A stretch of DNA of 54,118 bases, filler included, from Jimgerdemannia flammicorona (lineage: Eukaryota): assembly GCA_003990765.1 (NCBI GenBank). It is 3 parts of 3 records of this genome, joined end to end, with 100 filler letters (N's around TTAATTAATTAA, not from the genome) between each part and the next. Parts side by side here need not be neighbours in the genome. Positions count along the whole stretch, not along the records: positions 36,150 to 54,118 come from RBNJ01002346.1; 2 more parts are not named here. One strand, given 5' to 3'. This document shows positions 39,322 through 49,954 of the stretch, in pieces. Below the pieces are notes generated by a model that searched no databases, was not told the DNA's origin, and saw only the letters and a program-made list of their open reading frames with translations. Made by a program: the position numbers and the translations under genes. The stretch's first letter is position 1. The number at the start of each line of letters is the position of its first letter.

Positions 39322-39779
39322 TGTAATGTAGTGGACGCTTACTCTTGAAAGTATGTCAGATTTTGGTATCTTGAAAACTTGACCATTCTGACTCTCGCAG
39401 AGTCTCTTGAAGTTGTAGAGGAGGGTGGGTGAGTTCGAAGTGTACCTGGCCGCAGGCTTACTAGTTCCTTTGCTATCTCTTTACTTTGAACTATTTCAAT
39501 CTGAGGTTTATTCACTTGAAGATACTGGGTTATTTATACAAGTTTGCTAGCTATGAGAGAGTGGCTAAGTAATAAATGAGTCATTTGGACTTTGTCAAAA
39601 CATTTGGACAATGTCTAAATGCTATACTAAATCAGGATGTTCGATTTGGATAATGTCTAAAAATTTAGACAATGTTGAAATCAAAGACTGCTAACTATAA
39701 GGCTATACTACTTTGGGACTGGGTGCGATCAAGTGTCTATTCCCTATTTCCTTCTTCCAAATTTGGCTATACTATCACA
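39322..39779 (-). repeat. Family B 3' LTR (458 bp)
   Basis: Direct repeat of 45565-46041; TATAAATA (rc) at 39531-39538. Confidence 0.93.
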
Positions 39780-39816
39780 ACTTCCTCCTGAATAGATGGT
39801 CTCATCCCTGGGGCAT

Positions 39817-40278
39817 CTATTCAAACTCCCAGGCTTCAACCATCTATATGGTCTTGTACTGTGCAATTTGCTGCATGACTGTTTCCCAATGATGTCTTCT
39901 CACTTTCTCAAAGTCAGTGGGGGTTACTTCTCTCAGGTGGTCTATCGCTGGTTCATCTTCTCAGAATAACTTGTGGATCCTTTTGACAATAGTGATCTGT
40001 GAGTAAGAGAGTTGACACTCGGCAATCCAGTCCTCCTTGGTCTTTGCTGGATCCTGATTGAGCACCTGTCCAAGCTTGAAGTACTCTTGGAATTCTGTCC
40101 GATATTGATAGGCTCTAAAGTGCAAGATCCAAGAGAGATGAGTCTGCACAATACTCTGAATATCCTCATAGTATGCCTCTATGGTTGGAGGCTCGGTGGT
40201 GTGCCATTGTCTTTTGATGGCTCTTTGGGCAGCACTAGTGATCTTGAGTGCCATCACAGTACTTTTGTTACTGGCCAT
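39817..40278 (-). pseudogene. Extra ORF in the env position of family B (~140-150 aa when TGA/TAG stops are read through)
   Basis: 105-aa ORF 39961-40278 continues past TGA as EDEPAIDHLREVTPTDFEKVRRHHWETVMQQI. No signal peptide or TM segment seen. Confidence 0.65.
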
Positions 40279-43200
40279 GATATTTCTTGAGTTGGTTTCG
40301 GTGAATAGTAGTGGGGATTATTGTACCTGAGGGTTTTCATAGCCAAAAGGTGGTTCCTTTTATATCTTGCACAAGGTAAGGTCCTTCCTACTTAGGCTCC
40401 AGTTTTCGTGACCATGAAGCTTCTACCATATTCCAATACACTAGGACCTTGTCTCCTATCTTGATAATCTCCAAGAGCTTGTGGGTCGTTTCTGCATTCC
40501 TCTATTGTAGTGTCTGTGCCTTGGTTATGTAATCCTCAGCCTTCTTCCTGATTTGGTATAGTCTCCGTATTTCCATGTCCACATGTTTCCATACAGCATC
40601 TCTATTAGATGATAGGGTTCCTTGAGAATATTCTTCTCCAAACAGAATTTCTCAAGGGGTAAAGTGGGTACTTTGTGATCAGATATCCCAGAGAGCAGAT
40701 AATGCTATTGGCAAATAGTGATCCCAGTTCTCATAGTTATCACAGATTTTGGCGATAACATTCTTGAGGGTTTTGTTAGTTCTTTCTACTTGTCCATTTC
40801 CTTGGGGGTGATAGGCTGTGGTCCGAATGTGCTGGATCTTGTACTTCTTGTAGAGAACCTCAAAGAGCTGGTTCACAAATTCTGTTCCTCTATCTGTAGT
40901 TACTTGTGTTGGGGTCTTGAACCGGCAGATGATTTCCTTGTGGAAGAAATCGGCGATTGACTGTGCATTGGCTTCCTTGAGAGGTCCTGCTTCTATCCAC
41001 TTCATAAAAAGGTCTACAATGATAATGATGTATCAGTTACCAGTCAGGGTCAAGGGTAGAGGGCCGATTACATCCATTGCTATATGGGCAAATGGTACTG
41101 GTTCTATGTATGCTGATCCTGGGGCTTGATTCTGTTGGTCTTGTTTCTGTTTCTGGCATTTGTCGCATGTCTTGACAAATTGTCTGATATCTTCCTCCAT
41201 CCCTGGCCACCATATTGTTCTTCTTGCCTTGTCATATGTATTCATTCCTCCTAGATGGCCAAGTTCATATACTGATTTCATTGCTTGCTCCTTCTTGTGT
41301 TCTGGTATGACCAGTAGTTTTCCTTTCTTCAGTGTTTCTCTGTCAGTTTCGAATTGTTTCCATGTTCTGTTGATAATTGTTTGTGTCCATTCTTCCAGAT
41401 GTTGGGGCATCTTTCACTGTCCCAGGTATGTGATAATTCCATAGTAGAGCTCCATATTCTTGATTGATTTATTGGTTGGAGGTAGTTCGAGGTGTCTGTG
41501 AGAGAGCATCTGCATTGGAATTTGTTCTTCCTGGGTGGTATACGATGGTTACATCATAGGCTTGTAACTTCATTATCCATCTGGCATAGATTCCCTTAGG
41601 TTGTCCAGTTGTCAGTAGCCAGGTGAGAGCTGAGTGGTCCATCTGGATGGTGAAGTATCTTCCGGCCAGATAGTAGTGGAACTTTTCCACAGCCCAGATA
41701 ACTGCAAGACATTCCAACTTGTAGGACTCGTATTCTTTTTCAGCCCCTCCGATTCCATGGCTAAGATATACAATGACATACTCTTTTTTGTCTTCTTTTT
41801 GAGCTAGGACTGCTCCTAGTCCCTGTGCACTTGCATCCATCTGAAGGATAAATCCTTGGGTCCAATTGGGTCGTCTGAGGATGGGTGCCTGAGTTAGTCT
41901 GATCTTGAGTTCATCAAATGCTTTTTGTTGTCTGCCAGTCCACTGGAACTTGGTATCCTTCTTGTTGAGTTCATAGATTGGACCTGCGATGTTGGAGAAT
42001 CCTCTAATGAATCTGCGATAGTAGGAGGCAAGTCCCATGAAGGCTTGGGCTTCTGTGACAGTAGTGAGCCTTGGGTATGCTGCTACTGCTTATATTTTGA
42101 GGGGGTCTGTGTGTGTTTCATCTCGATTGATAATATGGCCAAGATAGGAGATCTTGATTTCTGCAAACTTGCACTTCTTGGATTTGATATAAAGGCCATG
42201 TTGTCTTAGTCTCTCCATTATCTGCTGTATGTGCTGCAGATGTTCCTTAGGTGTCTTGTTGTAGATGATTACATCATCAACATAGACCATCATCCATCTT
42301 TCCATATCATAGTGGAAGATTTTGTTCATCATTCGCTGAAAGCTTGCTGGTGCATTGCACATTCCAAATGGCATTCATAGGTAGATGTAGGTTCCGTCTG
42401 GGGTGATGAAGGCTGACTTTTCACTTGCCATCTCTGTGAGTACGATTTGGTGAAATCCTGAGTATAAGTCCAAGGTACTGTAGTACTCTGCTTCATCTCC
42501 CAGTGTTATAAGGATGTCACTGATGAGCAGCAGTGGTTGGCAATCCTTCTTGGTAACTGCATTGAGCTTTCTGTAGTCGACACAGAGCCTTGGGGCAAAT
42601 TCTCCAGGTTTGCTTCCTTTTTTCGGGGCTAGTACAACTGGTGAAGACCAGGGGCTGCTGGCTTCTTTGATGATGCTGGCTTCTTCCATCTGCTTGATTT
42701 CTTCTCTGAGCCATTCTCGGTAGGCTGGTGGGACAGGTCTTGCCTTCTGATAAATTGGTTCGGTGTCTCTGGTATCTACCTCATGATAGTAGTGTGGGGT
42801 CTTTCCCTTGATATCCTTGAAATCCATGGCAAGGACATCCTTGAATTTGTGAAGTATTTTCTTGAGTTCCTCCTTGAGTGGGAATTTGTCTCCAATGGTG
42901 TAACTGTGCTTGCTTGTGTTTTCCTCCTTCTTATGCTCGAGTTCGGTGATCTTGGTGCTGGTGAATACTCCTCTTCCTGTGGATCCAAATCCTTTCTTTC
43001 CTCTTTTCGTTTCCTCCAGATTCTTGACTTCTATGATCCTTGGCTGTATGATTGGGAAGATCAACATCTGTGCTAATTGGTCCTTCTTCTTGACTGGGAA
43101 TGGAAATGTAGGATTGTGGTTCCTAGCAATGAGTAGAATTTCTCCAATATGGTCTAAATCAATGACTCCTCCTTCGATTGTGATTTCGCTTCTAGCCAGG

Positions 43201-45564
43201 CTGCTTCTTGTCTTGAGAATCCCGACATGATCCTTTGGGATGGTCATCTCTAGTCCATTTGCGAGTAGAGTGGTTGTCTGGGGTTCAAGTACAGTTTCTT
43301 CTACTGTAGCGATGTCCATTCCTGCTGCATTTTCTGATTTATATTCTGGCAAGACTGCATCAGGGTGGATCTTTCGAATCTTGACCTTGATTTCTTCTTC
43401 ATCATCACTGTCCGCCAGGAGGACTGGTGGTTCATCATCTTCCTCCTTCTCTTCTTCCCTGATCTGTTTTTTGAGAGATTTCTGCCTTCTTTCCTAGTCG
43501 ATCTTCTTGGTTCCGATGGTGCACTGGTAGCAATCATTGATATGCTCCATACAGTACATCTTGATTCCATGAGGACAGACTCCTTGTGGGGCATAGCCTT
43601 CTGCAATCTTCTTGCATCATTCTTCTTCACTCATCCATCCAACTTTCTTCTTCTTTGGAATAGTCACCATATAAGCTTCCTCTTGCTCACTCTCTTCTTC
43701 CTCCATATCAGGCAGGACTCCTTTGTTGACATTGATGGGAATTCATATCTTCTGTCCCCGGTAGGTGATCTGCATCTTCTGAGCATTGAGATTGATTACC
43801 ACCTTGGCTTTGTGAAGCCATTGATTGCCGATGAGGATGTCATAGTTGGTGGCATTGGTTATGATTATATCTACTGGGATTGTTGCTCCTCCGATCTTGA
43901 TGGGAACATCTTGGATCTTTCCCTGAGGTGTGGCTCTTGTGCCATTAGCTGTGATGAATACTAGCTTAGTTGCTTCTTCCACATCCCAACCTAGGTGGTC
44001 TGCTGCCTTCTTACTGAGGAGATATCCTTCTGCTCCCATATCAATGATGACTTCAAAGGTTCTATCTTCGATTTGGCATATTGCATAAGCAGAGGTTTTA
44101 TGATTGTCCTCACTTTCTTCTCCTGAGTCCTCTTGAACATTATTGGCCTCAGTTATCTTCCATCCTTATTCCTTGGTTGTTTTGGCAAGTCCAAACCTCA
44201 TTTGCTGTCTGAATGTTGGGATTTCTGCGAGCTGACCAAAGGTTGTATTGACCTTTTGTTGACAGAGATCCTTGAAGATATGTATCATACTTAAAGGTCT
44301 TGGTCTTGCAAAGCTTCTTTTCTTTTTCTCCTTCACTGGCTGGAGTGGTTCCTCAGATGATATCTTGAACTGCTTGCTCCAGCTCAATATCTTGGTCCAT
44401 CTCTTCAGCTTGGCTTTCTGTATCAGTTTTCATCCACTTTTCCACTGGGTTCTTCTTAGGTCTTCCTGGTGGTCTCTTGTAGGGTTCTTTGTGAGCATCC
44501 TTCTTGGTGGTCTGAGCAGGATAGGCCTCCCATTCCTCTTCATCAGATTCTCCAATTTCTTCAAAGGTGATTATATTGGCCTGCTCCTTGTTTCATGTGG
44601 CATTGCTTGGTTGAGCCTTGCATTTGGTTTCACTCATACATTCATAGGAGTAGTGGCCTTCTTCTCCACAGCTGTAGCAAGTACCTTTCTTCTTGTCTGA
44701 GGTGGCAGCAAACTTCTGAACAGGGTGGCAATTACTTCCTCGGATTTCCTTTACCACATCTCCCAGGTGGGCAGTCATTTCAGCAAACCTTTTGGCGAGT
44801 TCCTCCATAGGGTCACTGTTCTTTTGCTGCTCTGTAGCTTTTGGCTAAGGTGTGTTTCAATTGATCATTATGGTGGGGATCACACTGGTTGCCTTGGGTG
44901 CCTCGATTCTGACTCCTGTAACTCTCTCCATTGTATGGTCTTGTGGGTGTCTGGCTATCCAGTATCACTGAGCATAGGTGACCTTCTGTAGCAGATCCAG
45001 AATCACTGGTGATGAGCAGATGGCCATGGCTATTTCTGGATGGACTCCTTTCATGAAGGTTGCTTCAGCTACTTGATCTCGGATAGCAGCAGTATAATCT
45101 GCAAGAATTATCTGATATCAAATTCTGGTATAGAATGTGTTTGGATCCTCGCTCATTTCTTGGCAAGTTGTGTTGAGCTGATCCTTCAGGGCTTGCTTGA
45201 TCTCATCTGTGTAATATGTATTTTGGAGCCAGGTCTTCTGTGCTGTCAGTATGGCATTGGCATCATTTCCTGCATGGGTTGCAGCTGTGAATGCTGCTCT
45301 GGCAGGGCCTCGTAGGCTGAAAGGCATGAGGGCTACTTGCTGTGCTGCTGTCAGAGTCCTTACAGCAGTATACTGCTCGAAATCGTCAATGAAGGTGATG
45401 ATTGATTTATCTGAGGTATATCCATGGAATACTGGCGGTCTCATATCCATCTTATCTGGGTATAGGGGCTCGGTTGGTATGGTTGTTCGGATAGTGGTGA
45501 TTGTTTGTTGTTCAGCTTGAAAGTGAGGGATTTGTCTTGAATCACCAGCCAATGGGCACCAAGT

Positions 45565-46041
45565 TGCAATGATACAGACACTTATTCTTGAAAGTACGTC
45601 AGATTTCTATATCTTGAAAACTTGACTGTTTTGACTCTTGCAGAGTCTCTTGAAGTTGTAGGGGAGGGTGGGTGAGTTCGAAGTGTATCTCCCCACAGGC
45701 TTACTAGTTCCTTTGCTATCTCTTTGCTTTGAACTATTTTGATCTGAGGTTTATTCACTTGAAGATACTGGGTTATTTTTACAAGTTTGCTAGCTATGAG
45801 AGAGTGGCTAAGTAATAAATGAGTCATTTGGACTTTGTCGAATCATTTGGACAATATCTAAATGCTATACTAAATCGGGATATTTGATTTGGATAATGTC
45901 TAAGAATTTAGACAATGTCTAAGAATTCAGACAATGTCGAAATTGAAGACTGCTAACTATAAGGCTATACTACTTTGGGACTGGGTGCGATTAAGTGTCT
46001 ATTCCCTATTTCCTTCTTCCAAATTTTGCTATACTGTCACA
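45565..46041 (-). repeat. Family B 5' LTR (477 bp)
   Basis: Repeat of 39322-39779 with one extra 19-bp GACAATGTCTAAGAATT unit. Confidence 0.93.
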
Positions 46042-47348
46042 AGATGCACTTGTAACTGGGATAGCTAAATAGTTATGTATCATTTTTGCTAGATTTGGGT
46101 AATCTCTGCTATAACTCTAATATTTCTAATAAATTAAATCAAATTAATAATATTTCAAATTAGACCAACTTATTTGCCACTAAGATAATATTTCAACTTC
46201 TAGTTGAAATTTAACAGTTTTACTTTTCAAATAATTATCTAACTCTTCTTCAAGATTTGTTGTCAGTTTTTGTCTTTTGTTGTTAAATATATATTCAGAT
46301 AGTTCAGCAATATCATCAACATTGACATCATCTCCTATTTCAGTATAATCTTCAGAACTTGCATGATAAACTGATAGAGGGATATAGTTTTCATTATAGA
46401 TTGCATAAACAGTTATTTCAGCTACTTCAATCCAAATAGTTTCCCAATTATAGGTTGAATAATATTGTAGTTTAAGTCTGGAATCAAGAACTGGTTTTCA
46501 TTCAAAAAATAAAATAAATTTCGAAATGAATTCATAATTCAAAATGTTGAAATAGTCTTCAGTAGTAAGCAAATTTCGAAATATTTACTTTCCAGTACCA
46601 ATATAATAAATTGGACAATCTGTCATGGAATAGTAATTTTTCAACTTATCAATAGCTGTTATTAGCTCCTGTTGAATGAGAGTATTTAGCTCTCTAGTTT
46701 CTTCTGGTTCTGCTATACAATTTTAAAATACTTTGATATTATTCTTTAACATATCTAGTAAAAGTTGTAAATTTAGATATTTTTGCCAAGTTGCAAGATC
46801 TGTTATATGTTGAAAACTCTTTAATATCAAAATGATATCTTTTAGCAACTGCCAAGTATAATCTCTAATGGCATATGTATTATCCTAAATATTTATTAGC
46901 TATAACTATTAAATTTAAGAGCTATTAATAAAAATTAATTCATTAGATTATACTCAGATATAATTACAGACCCATATCTCCCATATGCTCAACCAACAAA
47001 TAAAATATAATTAAATATAATTACCTCTGATAATTTGATAACATATTCAATTATTGAATATATTGAGTTCTACTAAGTCTTAATATCCAAAATAAGTTAC
47101 TTTAGATTGTTGATTCTATAGGCTTTACATTGTGTAATAAATCTCTTACAATACTATAGTAATGTCTAGATCTTGCTAATACTTATTCAGAGATTTAAAA
47201 TTATTTCTCCATCATTATCAGCCTTCAGACAGATTAAAAAGCCTTAAACAGCCAGATTAATAATATGAGCTATACAGTATATATATTATATTAACCGATA
47301 GTTGAGGCCATGATCAAACTCTATTCTAATTGTTTGAAAAAATATATT

Positions 47349-47533
47349 GGTCCAATTCAAACCCTATTTTTAGAAATGTAATAACTTGGCAAATATATAT
47401 CCAAATTCAATGATCTTTAGCTTGTTGGATTCCTTTATATGTATAAGAGAAATCTAACAAGTGAAAGATCATTGACTTTGGATATATATTCATCAAGTCA
47501 TTAAATTTCTAAAAATAGAGTTTAAATCAGACT
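47349..47533. mobile_element. 185-bp foldback MITE inserted in the hAT transposase, 3-bp TSD ATT
   Basis: About 70-bp inverted arms (GGTCCAATTCAAACCCTATTTTTAGAAAT vs rc AGTCTGATTTAAACTCTATTTTTAGAAAT). Removing it restores DNTSNNNIFF. Confidence 0.75.
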
Positions 47534-47609
47534 ATTATTGTTAGATGTATTATCTATTGTTATAGTCAATATTTAGACTGAAAAATCAATAATTTGAAAT
47601 ATAAGATAA

Positions 47610-47800
47610 CTATTTTTCAAAAATTCAACCTTTATTGCAAACCCAATCATTTTCAAAAACCTGAACCTTTTTTGAAAACCTAATCTTTTTTGAAAATAAC
47701 CCAACCTTTTTCAAAAACCCAACCTTTCAATTTTTTTTAAAAACCTGATCTTTTTAAAAACCTGACCTTATTTAAAAATCTGGCTCTTTTTAAAAGGCTC
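47610..47800. repeat. ~20-bp tandem array (AAAAACC..ACCTTTTT) within a putative hAT transposase intron
   Basis: About 8-9 imperfect units between rc donor-like gtatgt/gtgagt (~47800-47817) and rc acceptor tttttcag (~47578). Confidence 0.6.
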
Positions 47801-48663
47801 ACTCACTCTTTACATACTATTGTCTATATACCAAAATCTCCAATATAGCTCCCAAAGACATCAGTAAAGTTTTTACAAGAATGAGATTCCAATAGCTTAA
47901 CAAAATCAATCAATATATAATTGAGTTGCCAATTTTGACAAATCTAATATATATTAATTCCAAGAAATGTATACATATTCAGTGATGTCTATATATTAAT
48001 AGTAAAGAATATTCAGTCTAGTATATACCATTTTGAAATAAATTAAATCAAAATGAGATAAATTTATAATATTGGAATTGATATTCAAAGTTAAATATTT
48101 GATCTTATCTATAGTGTAATTTTGACAGCATTATGATTTCTTTGGAATACTAGTTTAATTTTACTTGATATATTTCCAGCAGAAGGAATAGTAATATTTG
48201 ATTTCAGAAGATAAAAAAGGTCTCTCTGCTCTAAATTCTCAATAACTATAAAAGGCTGACTATTATGAATAATCTAGCAAACAAGTATATCTTGAAATAA
48301 TTTCATAGAAAATCTTGGCTTTTAATATAAAAGGGAAATATCAAATAGCAATAAATTAATAAGAAAAAAAAAAAAAAAAAAAAAAAAAGAGCAAAAGAAT
48401 AATATAAAGACTATACTTTTAAGAAAAATGATTCTATTACTCCTGCTTGATGACTTTTGTAAAATTTGTCAAAATATATCTATAGATTTATTGTAGAGCT
48501 ACTAATAAACTTATATATCATTTTATAGTAATTATATTTGACTTTTCTGATATCTCCATTATTTGTATACTCTTTTATAAACTCTTTCCAAATACTAGAG
48601 CATTCTTGCTTTTGCTTTTCCTTTCTTAGACTGTTGTGTTGAGACTATACTTATTGTAGCTAC

Positions 48664-49954
48664 TGTGACGAACCAGAATGTATTACCTGAATTATACCTT
48701 AGCCAGATGACGTGAATACACAGCATAGTAACCAGCAACCATTGCTGCAGAAACTGTATAAATAGCCAGATTACCAGATAAGGTATATCTGTGCAGGACC
48801 TGCATACCTGTGCCGGACCTGCACACTTGTGCTGGACCTGCACAACTTGCCATAGATAGCAAATCTATGGTTAGCCTCATGGTAACCAGATGGCAACCAA
48901 CTTGTATAAATTACCCCAGAGACAAGAGTGAATAAACCTCAGTCCGAAAGTTGAATACAAACCAAAGCAAAAGTCAATTGTCTGGTACACTTAGGAGAAA
49001 CGCCTGCCAAAAGCCACTTGATCCAGGAAGGATTGCAACACTTAGGAGATACGCCTGCCAACGAGCCACTGCCAAGAAGTTGTGAGCTTGGTTCTCTTCT
49101 CTTCCACTCTGGTCCACTTTCTGATACAAAGCTGATTTTGCCACCAAGTTCGAGTAAAGAACTTCGCCGCCTTTGGAACTATTGGTATGCTTGCCAGATA
49201 AGCCTGAAGTTTGCCGCCCAAGTTCAAGGAAGAAATTTGCCGCCGTTTCCCAGTTAGAAGCCCGCTGATTCGGGAAGAATCCGAGCTATCCGAGTTATCT
49301 GCGTCACCCGCCGCTTTTGAGTTATCCACCGTATTCCCAGTTGAAGCCAAAATCTGCACCATCCGAATTAATTCCCAGTTAAGCCGCCGTTCCCAAGAAG
49401 CCCGCCAAATCCGCATCATCCGCCGTTTTCAAGTTGTCCGCATTCCCAGAAAGCCTGCGTCACCTGAGCTATTATTCCCAGAAGAGCCCGATTCGCACCT
49501 TCCGAGTTATTCGTCATTCCCAGTGAGCCCGGTATAGAAGAATCTGCGCCATACAATTCCCAGTAAGCCAAATTGAGTTATCCACTGAATTATCAGAACA
49601 TCCGCATAAGGAACCCGCCGCGCTACACAAGAGATCGTCATGCAGAAATCAGAGACCGTCACCCAAGAAGGAGAACCGCTAAATTGCCAGACTGTCACGC
49701 ACGAGATCGTCGCACTACACAAATTCTACCATTCCCAGTTGACCCAAGAAGGAAGTCCATTCACACACAAATCGCTGCTACACCCAAGAACCTGTCCCAA
49801 AAAGGAAACTGCTCGCACAGTATCCAGATCTTGACTATTATACCGCTAAACACCAAGAACATTTTGTTGCTTTTGACAAAGTAACTGGGGGCTCAAGCCA
49901 AACTACATCAACCCCCAACCTTGTAATTTGCCTCCATTGAGCCGGCACGTTACA
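48664..49954 (+). repeat. Family C 5' LTR (1291 bp)
   Basis: TGTGACG...CGTTACA terminal inverted repeat followed by a PBS. Internal 19-bp repeats GTGC(A/C/T)GGACCTGCA x3 at 48791-48848. Only one LTR lies in the window. Confidence 0.8.

Larger units (their letters stand above)
39322..46041 (-). mobile_element. Complete Ty3/Gypsy family B element (gag-ZnK-PR-dUTPase-RT-RH-IN + extra 3' ORF), pseudogenised, 4-bp TSD AGAT
   Basis: LTRs 39322-39779 and 45565-46041 (TG..CA); AGAT at 39318-39321 and 46042-46045. PBS rc TGGTGCCCATTGG at 45549-45561; PPT at 39780-39790. Motifs: CYSCGEEGHYSYEC, VIIDMGA (protease), AAGMDI..RSSL..GGVID..RGKKGFGSTG (dUTPase), YVDD, DAS RNase H, HLG..CDKC and TDRGTEF integrase, GPY. 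No chromodomain seen. Confidence 0.93.
37766..48663 (-). mobile_element. Decayed hAT DNA transposon, interrupted by Gypsy family B and a foldback MITE and ending at the family C LTR
   Basis: End TAGTACTTCCAAATGAAT matches the MITE at 13784. Transposase remnants on (-): QPFIVIEN (~48250), I*TSLNMYTFLGINIY (from DxWTS; ~47960-48000), TITIDNTSNN (~47550), YCIAHIINLAV (CxxH; ~47260), LDIKT**NS (from TRWNS; ~47075). Confidence 0.72.

Noticed and set aside
39817..40278. True envelope gene in family B
   Set aside because: Too short; no signal peptide, furin site or TM anchor. Reported instead as an accessory ORF.
49042..49884. ORFs inside the family C LTR
   Set aside because: Short, overlapping and low-complexity; I could not find the shared accessory motif, and there is only one copy to compare.
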